Below, piece by piece: positions 8,811 through 16,568 of a stretch of 24,000 bases of DNA. The stretch is taken from NCBI RefSeq assembly GCF_900188145.1, contig NZ_FZOJ01000030.1, forward strand, positions 19,377-43,376, given 5' to 3'. The notes under the pieces were generated by a model. That model was not told the DNA's origin. It saw only the letters and a program-made list of their open reading frames with translations, and did not search any database. The translations under genes were made by a program, and so were the position numbers. This DNA comes from Anaerovirgula multivorans (lineage in GTDB: Bacteria; Bacillota; Clostridia; Peptostreptococcales; Natronincolaceae). Within the stretch, counting starts at the first letter, position 1. Every line of letters begins with the position of its first letter.

Positions 8811-9197
8811 TTATCCCTTCTTTGAATCCTTTTTTTCATCTAAAATTTCTTTCAGTTCTTCAATTTCTTCCTTTGTTAGCTCATAATCTTCTAAAAAATT
8901 AGCTAGCATAGCTTGAAGTCCACCTCCATATACTCGTCGCAGGAAAGACTGACTTTCTGCCTTTACACATTCTTCCTCCATAACTAGGGGAAAGTAAAGA
9001 TAAGTTCTTCCTTCCTTATTAAAAGAAATGACTTTTTTCTTAACCAGTCTACTCAAAAGAGTTTTAATAGTTTTTGGCTTCCATGTTACAGTTCCTTCTA
9101 GTTTTTCTATAACATCATTTGCAGTAATAGGAGAATGTGCCCAAATTATTTTCATAACTTCCCATTCCGCCTCTGATATTCCTGGTATCTTCTTCAT
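8811..9197 (-). CDS. blaI: BlaI/MecI/CopY-family winged-helix transcriptional repressor
   Basis: 128 aa. The N-terminus MKKIPGISEAEWEVMKIIWAHSPITANDVIEKL...WKPKTIKTLLSRLVKKKV is typical of the family. RBS GAAGGTG. Confidence 0.9.
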   Translation of the reverse strand: MKKIPGISEAEWEVMKIIWAHSPITANDVIEKLEGTVTWKPKTIKTLLSRLVKKKVISFNKEGRTYLYFPLVMEEECVKAESQSFLRRVYGGGLQAMLANFLEDYELTKEEIEELKEILDEKKDSKKG

Positions 9198-9239
9198 ACT
9201 AACACCTTCTTTAGATTAGTTTTATAAGCTTATGTCGCT

Positions 9240-9268
9240 ATCATATCTACCTGTATAATTTTTGTCAA
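9240..9268 (-). promoter_or_regulatory. Candidate sigma-A promoter P1 for blaI-blaR1
   Basis: On the minus strand: TTGACA (9268-9263), 17-nt spacer, TATGAT (9245-9240). This is about 45 nt upstream of the blaI ATG. Confidence 0.45.
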
Positions 9269-9357
9269 TAATACTACCTTAATTAATGATGCTTCTCTAA
9301 AGAACTTCCCACCATGTATCATACGCTGCTATTAGATAAATTACTAAATTGCCATAT

Positions 9358-9402
9358 AGATTACCAATGTAATCCATATGGTATATATTACATTGGTAAT
9401 CT
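9358..9402. promoter_or_regulatory. Perfect 16-bp inverted repeat, candidate BlaI operator pair
   Basis: AGATTACCAATGTAAT (9358-9373) and ATTACATTGGTAATCT (9387-9402) are exact reverse complements separated by 13 nt. Each arm is itself a dyad ATTAC-N4-GTAAT. Each arm also contains a one-mismatch TACAnnTGTA-like box (TACCAATGTA at 9362-9371, TACATTGGTA at 9389-9398). Confidence 0.5.
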
Positions 9403-9413
9403 AGTTTTGTCAA
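9385..9413 (-). promoter_or_regulatory. Candidate distal sigma-A promoter P2, overlapped by the palindrome
   Basis: On the minus strand: TTGACA (9413-9408), 17-nt spacer, TAATAT (9390-9385). The spacer and -10 lie inside the right arm of the 9358-9402 inverted repeat. Confidence 0.4.
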
Positions 9414-9502
9414 TATGTTTTTCACTCTTTATCTGTAGATGTAAACAGTATATCTATAGAATATCCCGCCTATTACTACTTTTGTATTTGGAATAATCAT
9501 CT

Positions 9503-9545
9503 TAAAAACAAAACAGAAGCTTAACTTCTTATTGTGGAAGTAAGC
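9503..9545 (-). terminator. Intrinsic terminator after the 89-aa gene
   Basis: Minus-strand RNA GCUUACUUC-CACAAUAA-GAAGU(U)AAGC (9-bp stem with one bulge), followed by UUCUGUUUUGUUUUU. Confidence 0.6.
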
Positions 9546-9599
9546 CTCTCTCTCGAACTTAGTAAACTTTTATAAGCTTTTATACTGCCTTGTTGGAGT

Positions 9600-9869
9600 C
9601 TAATTCATATAAGCATCTATAACCTTAGCCACATAATCTTCAGATCCTGATTTAGCCAGAATCATAATAGATTTCTCTGTATTACTGGGAATTTTAGCAC
9701 GATAAGCCTCCGCTCCATCCCTATCCAATCTTTCCTCCCTATTTACAGTTACCTCATTACTATTGGCAATTTCATAATCTTCTAGTATCCCAGCAACGCG
9801 ATATCCCAAATCTCCTGTTGGGCATTCTAGTCTTTTTATCCTCCCAATAGCGTCTTCAAGCTTTGCCAT
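9600..9869 (-). CDS. Hypothetical 89-aa protein, no family recognised
   Basis: Strong RBS AGGAGGATGGAGAT before the ATG. Coding-like acidic composition. Bracketed by terminators on both sides. Confidence 0.6.
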   Translation of the reverse strand: MAKLEDAIGRIKRLECPTGDLGYRVAGILEDYEIANSNEVTVNREERLDRDGAEAYRAKIPSNTEKSIMILAKSGSEDYVAKVIDAYMN

Positions 9870-9940
9870 ATCTCCATCCTCCTAATAGCTTATTTTACTT
9901 ATAGTATCTCCTGTTGTCCGTCTCTCATTCTACTATTAAC

Positions 9941-10008
9941 ATGAAAAAAAAGAAGACAAAAATAAGAATGTGGCAGATTATATTAATCTACCACATTCTT
10001 ATTTTTGT
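9941..10008 (-). terminator. Strong intrinsic terminator after htpG
   Basis: 18-bp perfect inverted repeat ACAAAAATAAGAATGTGG (9956-9973) / CCACATTCTTATTTTTGT (9991-10008), with a further inner AGATT/AATCT pairing. Followed on the minus strand by CUUCUUUUUUUU. Confidence 0.75.
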
Positions 10009-10026
10009 CAGAAACTATAAAGCCCT

Positions 10027-11925
10027 CTACATTGTTTGATTTTCTGCGATCATTTGCTTCATAATTTCATTACTTCTCTTAATAAAGCTGGTCATAGCCT
10101 CTGGAGAAAGAGGTTTATGGCTTAATACTGCTAAATCATAGACCTGCTGAGCTATCAAATCTGTCATTTCTGTTTCTTTGTCTCCCTGGCCTAGAATATA
10201 TTGAATAAGTGGATGTTTTTTATTTAATACAAGCGTTTCTTCACTAGGCATCATTCCTGGATTGAATCCGCCCATACTATACTGTTTCATCATTTCCTGC
10301 ATTCTTCTGCTTTCTTCTGGAAGAATAATCATTCCCGCAAGATCCTCAGACTTTAGATTTTCTAGTTGGATTTTAGAATCCTCTTTTTTAAGAATCTTAT
10401 TAAAAATCTTTGTAAGGAGCTCTTTTTCCTTTGTGGCTGTCTCCTCATCTATCGTTTCATCTATGTCCTTCATCAATTCTGAAATGTTGGAGTCTACTCT
10501 TTTGAAGCTGATATCCTGTTTTTTCATTTCAATATGAGATAGAAATGCAGTATCAATACTATGATCTAAAATAACAGCTTCTATATCATACTCCTTTATC
10601 ATTCTAATATATTGTGCCTGCTGAACTGGATCTGACACATAATACACTTGTTTATCAAGCTTTCCAGTATGTTTTTCAAGATATTCTTCAACTGTTACGT
10701 ACTTCTCCTCAGTAGTTTTATAAAGAATAATACTTTCAACCTTTTCATAGAACTTATTATCCTTAATTAATCCATATTTGACAAATGGACTAATATCATC
10801 CCAAAACTTTTCAAAGCCTTCTCGGTCTGATTTAAAAAGGCTATTTAACTTATCCGCCACTTTTTTAGTAATATAATCAGAAATTTTCCTTGTAAAGCCA
10901 TCGTTTTGCAGGAAGCTTCTTGATACATTTAATGGCAAATCAGGACAATCGATAACACCCTTTAAAAGCAATAAAAACTCTGGTATAACCTCTTTAATAT
11001 TATCTGCCACAAAAACTTGACTGTTGTAGAGCTTAATACGACCTTCAATGGTATCAAATTCTGTATTTAATTTAGGAAAATATAATATTCCCTTTAGGTT
11101 AAATGGATAATCCATATTAAGGTGAATCCAGAAAAGAGGTTCTTGAAAGTCTTTAAAGGTCTTTCTATAAAAATCTTTATACTCTTCATCGGTACAAGAA
11201 TTTGGTTGTTTTAGGTATAAAGGAAGTACATCATTCAAAGCCTCGGGTTCAGTAATAACAATATTTCCATCCTTATCTTTTTCTGGCTCCTTGTTTGCTA
11301 CCTCTAGATAAATAGGATAGGGCATAAAGGAACAATACTTTTCAATCGTAGATCTTATCGTATATTCACTTAAAAAGTCTTTTCCCTGTTCTCCTAGATA
11401 AAGAGTGATCTCTGTGCCTCTGTCACTTCTATCGCTGTTCTCCATCTCAAACTCCGTACCACCATCGCAGCGCCATTTCACTGCTGCTGCATCTTGTTTA
11501 TAGGAGAAAGTATTGATCTCAACTACATCTGCCACCATAAAGGCAGAGTAGAAACCAAGACCAAAGTGTCCAATAATCTGATCAACATCCCCTTTGTCCT
11601 TATAGGTTTTTAGAAAATCTTCAGCTCCTGAGAAGGCGATTTGATTGATATACTTCTTTACTTCCTCATCTGTCATACCAATGCCATTGTCAATAAATTT
11701 TAAGGTTTTTTCTGTTTCATCTAATATTACCTTTACCTTAAAATCTGTATTGCCATCTAAGTCGGCTTCCCCTAAACTGTTTAGTCTTTTTACCTTCGTG
11801 ATGGCATCACAAGAATTTGAAATTAACTCCCTAATAAAGATATCGTGATCTGAATATAACCACTTTTTGATGATGGGAAAAATATTCTCACTGTGAATTG
11901 ATAAATTTCCTTTTTCTTTACTCAT
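10027..11925 (-). CDS. htpG: Molecular chaperone HtpG (Hsp90 family)
   Basis: 632 aa. N-terminal GHKL ATPase signature (IFIRELISNSCDAITK, DNGIGMT, GHFGLGFYSAFMVA). Length and overall pattern are typical of bacterial HtpG. RBS AAGGAGGG. Confidence 0.95.
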   Translation of the reverse strand: MSKEKGNLSIHSENIFPIIKKWLYSDHDIFIRELISNSCDAITKVKRLNSLGEADLDGNTDFKVKVILDETEKTLKFIDNGIGMTDEEVKKYINQIAFSGAEDFLKTYKDKGDVDQIIGHFGLGFYSAFMVADVVEINTFSYKQDAAAVKWRCDGGTEFEMENSDRSDRGTEITLYLGEQGKDFLSEYTIRSTIEKYCSFMPYPIYLEVANKEPEKDKDGNIVITEPEALNDVLPLYLKQPNSCTDEEYKDFYRKTFKDFQEPLFWIHLNMDYPFNLKGILYFPKLNTEFDTIEGRIKLYNSQVFVADNIKEVIPEFLLLLKGVIDCPDLPLNVSRSFLQNDGFTRKISDYITKKVADKLNSLFKSDREGFEKFWDDISPFVKYGLIKDNKFYEKVESIILYKTTEEKYVTVEEYLEKHTGKLDKQVYYVSDPVQQAQYIRMIKEYDIEAVILDHSIDTAFLSHIEMKKQDISFKRVDSNISELMKDIDETIDEETATKEKELLTKIFNKILKKEDSKIQLENLKSEDLAGMIILPEESRRMQEMMKQYSMGGFNPGMMPSEETLVLNKKHPLIQYILGQGDKETEMTDLIAQQVYDLAVLSHKPLSPEAMTSFIKRSNEIMKQMIAENQTM

Positions 11926-12003
11926 TAAATACCCTCCTTATCACTTAATATTATGTAAGTATTTTTCTATTGGTTTTGAGTATTTTCAACTCCTATACAA
12001 ATT

Positions 12004-12032
12004 ATTTTACAACTATATGGATTTTCAGTCAA
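12004..12032 (-). promoter_or_regulatory. Candidate sigma-A promoter of htpG
   Basis: On the minus strand: TTGACT (12032-12027), 17-nt spacer, TAAAAT (12009-12004). This is about 75 nt upstream of the htpG ATG. Confidence 0.5.
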
Positions 12033-12040
12033 CAAAAAAT

Positions 12041-12067
12041 TTAGCACTCTCTGTTAGCGAGTGCTAA
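12041..12067. promoter_or_regulatory. CIRCE element (HrcA operator), perfect consensus
   Basis: TTAGCACTC (12041-12049), 9 nt, GAGTGCTAA (12059-12067). This matches the published CIRCE consensus TTAGCACTC-N9-GAGTGCTAA exactly. It overlaps the stop codon of the upstream activase gene (12054-12056). On the minus strand it is followed by AUUUUUUGUU. Confidence 0.85.
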
Positions 12068-12908
12068 AACTATTTATTTCAACCTCTTTGACTCCCAGCT
12101 TTTCTACTTTTTCCTTTAAGGCTTCCATATATTCTTTCGAAGGGATCTTTCCTTGGATTTTTGCCTTCTGCTGAGCATTAAGTCCTGTTATATGTAGAGG
12201 GATCAGCTTGTATAGTACCTCTGGATAGTGCTTTAAGCTATGGGCCACCTTGCATAAGGTATTTTCTACATCTATATAATCTAGAGCAATTACAGTTCTT
12301 ACCTCATATACCTTATGGAGGCTTAAAAGATATTGTAAATTCTCTAAATTGTTTTTCATTTGGCATCCACATAATGCTTCTATTTTATCAATTGCTTTGA
12401 TATCAATCATAAACTTATCCGTCACATGAATAAGTTCTTTGATCTGCTCCGTATCAAAAAAGCCATTGGTATCAACAAAGCAGGAAAGACCTAATGTTTT
12501 TACTCTTTTAAAAAGCTCTATTATAAAATCTGCCTGCAAAGTGGGTTCTCCACCAGATACAGTAATTCCTCTTATAAAAGGGTGATACCCTTCTATAATT
12601 TCATATAATTCCTCTACACTATATTCCTTTATTCTTGGAGATGCACTATGTTTACAGGTTCTTATACATTGATCACATTCTGTACAGCGCTTTTCATCAT
12701 AAATTATTTTTCCTTCCCAAGCTTTGATGGCCCCAGTTGGACAATTAACAACGCAATCCATACAATGTATGCACTGGTTTATAGTTTCAGAATTGTGACA
12801 ATAAACACAGTTAATATTGCAGCCTTGAAAAAAGATTGCTAATCTGTTGCCGGGTCCATCTACATTTGAGAAGGGAATGATTTTGTTGATAAATCCCTTA
12901 TTCTTCAT
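12054..12908 (-). CDS. yjjW: Glycyl-radical enzyme activating protein, YjjW-type
   Basis: 284 aa. N-terminal VDGPGNRLAIFFQGCNINCVYCHN (radical SAM CxxxCxxC). Two ferredoxin-like clusters (CIHCMDCVVNCP, CTECDQCIRTC). SGGEP motif. The start overlaps the stop of the upstream GRE gene by 11 nt. Confidence 0.85.
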   Translation of the reverse strand: MKNKGFINKIIPFSNVDGPGNRLAIFFQGCNINCVYCHNSETINQCIHCMDCVVNCPTGAIKAWEGKIIYDEKRCTECDQCIRTCKHSASPRIKEYSVEELYEIIEGYHPFIRGITVSGGEPTLQADFIIELFKRVKTLGLSCFVDTNGFFDTEQIKELIHVTDKFMIDIKAIDKIEALCGCQMKNNLENLQYLLSLHKVYEVRTVIALDYIDVENTLCKVAHSLKHYPEVLYKLIPLHITGLNAQQKAKIQGKIPSKEYMEALKEKVEKLGVKEVEINSFSTR

Positions 12909-14424
12909 CTTTTCTCAGTCTTCTTTCAAAGACATTTGCTATACTGTTTGTTCCATGCCCTAAAATATCTGTATCCCTCAAAACAGCATTTCCTTCTCCC
13001 GCTTTTCTTGCTTCACTCTTCTTCACTAGATAACCTGTAACTCTTATAAGGTCTGTATTATGGAGATAGGTCGTAATATATCTTCCGCCTAAGGAAAAGG
13101 CCCCCTCTATAATATCCAACACTGCATCAGGTTTATTGAGATAGGTTTCATCAAAGGCAAATAAATCACCTGTTCCAGAGACAAAGTATTCATGGAAAGG
13201 AACGGCCTGCCTTATGTGGAGAGGAAGAATAGGCTCCTGGCCTACCTTGATCCTATGAGCTGGCGTGTTGCAGCTATCCTCTTCACTAAGACTTGCTCCT
13301 ACCTGCGCATGTAAAAGATATCTATTATTGGTTCTCTCAGAGTAGATACCTTCATGGCTGTTTGCAACATCTTGGATAACCGTTAAAATACTATGACCAA
13401 TCTCATCTCCTCGTTTTGAGGTGCCAAAGGTTTCCTCTAAACCCTCTACTTCTAAAATATAGTTCACTGCATCTGCTAATCCTACCATACCAAACATGGC
13501 AGAGAAGTTTTCTCTCTTTATATAGCCTTCCTTTACAAGAAAAGATGTTTGAAAAAAATTAGATTCCTCTACTAAGAAGCGTATTCTCTTGTCCATCATA
13601 GTAGCCATTGCCTTTGTTACCTTTGGCAGCCTATCTTTTAGAAGCTCCTCTAAGGACTTGACTCCTTTCACGATAGTACCCAGTCTCAATCGTGGTAGGG
13701 TATAGGCACCTCCACCATGGGGTAAAGCATTATAACAGCTTACCAGCCTATGATCTCCCATATCTTTGCAATATTTCTTATCATTACTAAAGGAAGGTTT
13801 TGATACCCTTAAGCAGGCATCTACCGCTTTGAGGGCAAAGTCTTTTGAGGTCTTATCTTTATCATATCTTAGGGTCATATTGGGTGTAGGATTTTCTAGC
13901 TCAATGGCAGCCCTTAGTATCAATTCCCCCGCCCTTGTTTTCTCAGGTCCTATATCTCCATGGCAAAATGAATCCGGTATGGCTTTATCGATATGGTTCA
14001 AAAATCTTTTGATTTTTATATAATCCTTCTCTTCTTCTGTAATAAAGGGCTCCATCAATTTATCAAGGTCTCCTACGAATACAGGAAAGGAGGTTATTGA
14101 GGGAATATGCCTGTATAGAATAAGTAAACTGTCCAATAGTTCATCTAAATCGATTGGAGGCTTTAGGCCTAGAAAATCACAGCCTTTTGACAGCAAAACA
14201 TAATAATCAGGCACAATATACCTAGGTCGATAAAGGGTATAGCCTTCATTTAAGTCACAGATCATTTCATTCTCAATATACATCATTTCTGTATCAGTAT
14301 ATCCTAGGACTTCTCTAGGGTCCAGTAATCTTTCCGCCACATTGGCAAGATTAAAAAGCTTCTGTTGATAGGTTAAACTTCTGCTGGTGGCAATGTCCAT
14401 AATATCGCTGATTTTTGATTGCAT
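12898..14424 (-). CDS. yjjI: YjjI-family glycine radical enzyme, substrate unknown
   Basis: About 508 aa with a C-terminal glycyl-radical motif, LIRVTGYLV (RVxG[YFW]). It is paired with a dedicated activase. The track starts the ORF at 14433, but AAGGAG (14439-14434) abuts that ATG directly. I therefore prefer the ATG at 14424, which is 9 nt after the SD. Confidence 0.8.
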   Translation of the reverse strand: MQSKISDIMDIATSRSLTYQQKLFNLANVAERLLDPREVLGYTDTEMMYIENEMICDLNEGYTLYRPRYIVPDYYVLLSKGCDFLGLKPPIDLDELLDSLLILYRHIPSITSFPVFVGDLDKLMEPFITEEEKDYIKIKRFLNHIDKAIPDSFCHGDIGPEKTRAGELILRAAIELENPTPNMTLRYDKDKTSKDFALKAVDACLRVSKPSFSNDKKYCKDMGDHRLVSCYNALPHGGGAYTLPRLRLGTIVKGVKSLEELLKDRLPKVTKAMATMMDKRIRFLVEESNFFQTSFLVKEGYIKRENFSAMFGMVGLADAVNYILEVEGLEETFGTSKRGDEIGHSILTVIQDVANSHEGIYSERTNNRYLLHAQVGASLSEEDSCNTPAHRIKVGQEPILPLHIRQAVPFHEYFVSGTGDLFAFDETYLNKPDAVLDIIEGAFSLGGRYITTYLHNTDLIRVTGYLVKKSEARKAGEGNAVLRDTDILGHGTNSIANVFERRLRKDEE

Positions 14425-14458
14425 AGAAAACATCTCCTTACTTTGTTTGTCATCTATA

Positions 14459-14477
14459 GTAGATTTTAAAAATCTAC
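14459..14477. promoter_or_regulatory. 19-bp perfect palindrome in the yjjI leader, candidate operator
   Basis: GTAGATTTT-A-AAAATCTAC. It lies between a perfect TATAAT (minus strand, 14496-14491) and the yjjI SD. That is roughly +7 to +25 if the -10 is real. Confidence 0.35.
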
Positions 14478-14577
14478 TTCTTTAGGATATATTATACCTC
14501 ATTTCTTTTGATAATTGCATTGCTCCTTTTAAAAATATGAATAAAACTGTTTCGCAGGAGATCCTTCACTCTTCCTC

Positions 14578-16545
14578 TTAACTCTTTAACAGCCTGTTTT
14601 TATAATAGTTGAACTCATACCATCGATTATACTGTCTTTTTAGTATCTCTTTTTGTTCTTCTAAATGTGCTCTAATTTCAGTTCTTACATCTACATCTTC
14701 TACTTCTAAAAGCTTTCTAAGTTCTGGCGCTGCATCATAGGATAGTTTTTTCATATAATCCATATCTATTACTCCAGCTTCCCTATATCTTATAATATTT
14801 TCCTTTGCTATAACTTGATCTACATTGATGAAATTCAGCCCTACGTAGACAGCTAATGTAGCGATAACTGCATACTTAAAAATTGGGATTTTGGGAACCC
14901 AGATTCCAAGTAGGACAATCACTAGTAAAATACCAATTAAAATCATAAATACTTGAACAAATACTCTTAGTCTGGTGAAACCATAGGCACTTTCATATAA
15001 ATACATCTTATAGCTTGCTGAAATCAGCATGTTAAAGGTGAATGCAATCAGTAAACTATAGGATAGATTAGCTATTTTATTTACTTTTTCATTCTCTTTC
15101 TTCGTCAAATTTATGCTTAATAACAATATACCGAAGTTGATAAGTGTCACCAAAATCAGTTCAAAAAAGCCTTTTCTAGCATACTCAGCATAGGAAAATC
15201 CTTCTGGCAAAGCCTGCATTCCTCCAATATATAGGTAGGAAAACTGTACGATTGTAAAGAGTAAATAGGCAATATTTATAACAAAGATAATGGTTATCAT
15301 GGTTATTGGTTCCCACGAAGCTCTAATGAGACTAGCTTTTTGATTTTCATTCGTTATTTCATTATATTTAAAGCTCCATAAAAATCCAAACATATATACG
15401 GTTATGATTCCCACGAGAAAAATTTGATTCATTATACTGACAACACTGAATTCACCAAATAGGTTGCCTATGTTTTCAACATAGTATTTAAACATCATAT
15501 CAGCAGATGTTAATAGCGTTACAATGATAATTAACAGTGGGATGGAAATGATCAGCCCTCTTATTATATTTTTTCTAGTAGCATTTTCTTTGAATTTTTT
15601 CCTATCTCTTTTTATTTCTTTACTGAAGATGAAAAACTTTGGTAAAACATTGAAGGTTTTTGAAAAAATCCTTTCTAGTACATTGGTTATGAAATGCAAA
15701 TTGATTTTCTTTATTTTTTCATATCTTATTGTTAGCAGATAGCTGGTTATCAAAAAAGGTATGAGTAATACATTTAAACTCCTTAATGTAGGATTGTTAT
15801 AGATACCAAAGCTTAAAGACAAAAGTATGATAGGTATCAAAAACACAAAGCTTAGAGGCTTCTTCAATTGAACATGATTATGGATCCCACAAATTGAAGC
15901 AATAAGAATGGTCATACTATAAAAAAAGCCCGATATTCCTATACTGTCCTGCATAAAGAAATGGTTAAATAAAGTTCCTAAGCCTAGAGCCATCAGCATA
16001 ACTAGTATTTTACTATTGATTGTCTCTTTGCTGTCAACTTGGTTTCTCCCATTTTCTATATATAGGTTCTTCAGATACTTCTTCCCCCTTTTACTGTTAA
16101 AATGAGTATTGCTAATGACCTCCATCCATGGAGCCTGGTATTCTTTTTTTATAGCCTCTTTTAATAATAATCTTATGTACTGTGCTTCAATTTCCCTAAA
16201 ACTCCATACATCATTTAACTCTACCCATTTTAAATCTACTGGCTTAAAATTTTCTCTACAATCATTTATTTTTTCTAAGGATTGCTCTAAATCTATCTCT
16301 TCCTTCTGTAAATCAATAAAAAATGTTTTTATATCTTTACCTATTTCTTCTTGAAATTCAAAGGTTGTAGCCCCTTTCAAACCTAGTTGTTCCTCTAATC
16401 CTCTTCTTATGGCAGTTATTTCCTTTTCATTCTCCTTTACTTCTTCACAGATAAAGAAACGATCGATTCTCCCAGCCCTATTCATTCCTTCTATAGAAAG
16501 GATTTTATTGTCTTTTATAATGATTCCTTGCACTTTTTTAGCCAT
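14578..16545 (-). CDS. Fusion protein: N-terminal Nudix-like cytosolic domain plus polytopic DUF4153/DUF4173-like membrane domain
   Basis: The track ORF begins at a TTG (16566). An ATG at 16545 has the good SD AAAAGGGGTAAGAAG, so I prefer it. The first ~170 aa contain a degenerate Nudix-box-like stretch (ITAIRRGLEEQLGL). About 10-12 hydrophobic helices follow, then a conserved-looking C-terminal tail (DMDYMKKLSYDAAPELRKLL). Domain names are from memory. Confidence 0.55.
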   Translation of the reverse strand: MAKKVQGIIIKDNKILSIEGMNRAGRIDRFFICEEVKENEKEITAIRRGLEEQLGLKGATTFEFQEEIGKDIKTFFIDLQKEEIDLEQSLEKINDCRENFKPVDLKWVELNDVWSFREIEAQYIRLLLKEAIKKEYQAPWMEVISNTHFNSKRGKKYLKNLYIENGRNQVDSKETINSKILVMLMALGLGTLFNHFFMQDSIGISGFFYSMTILIASICGIHNHVQLKKPLSFVFLIPIILLSLSFGIYNNPTLRSLNVLLIPFLITSYLLTIRYEKIKKINLHFITNVLERIFSKTFNVLPKFFIFSKEIKRDRKKFKENATRKNIIRGLIISIPLLIIIVTLLTSADMMFKYYVENIGNLFGEFSVVSIMNQIFLVGIITVYMFGFLWSFKYNEITNENQKASLIRASWEPITMITIIFVINIAYLLFTIVQFSYLYIGGMQALPEGFSYAEYARKGFFELILVTLINFGILLLSINLTKKENEKVNKIANLSYSLLIAFTFNMLISASYKMYLYESAYGFTRLRVFVQVFMILIGILLVIVLLGIWVPKIPIFKYAVIATLAVYVGLNFINVDQVIAKENIIRYREAGVIDMDYMKKLSYDAAPELRKLLEVEDVDVRTEIRAHLEEQKEILKRQYNRWYEFNYYKNRLLKS

Positions 16546-16568
16546 CTTCTTACCCCTTTTAAACAAAA

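Noticed and set aside
9220-9579. 12-nt direct repeat TTTTATAAGCTT at 9220-9231 and 9568-9579, flanking the blaI leader region
   Set aside because: For AT-rich 12-mers in a 24-kb window, dozens of chance repeat pairs are expected. There are no associated inverted termini or target-site features, so this is not evidence of a mobile element.
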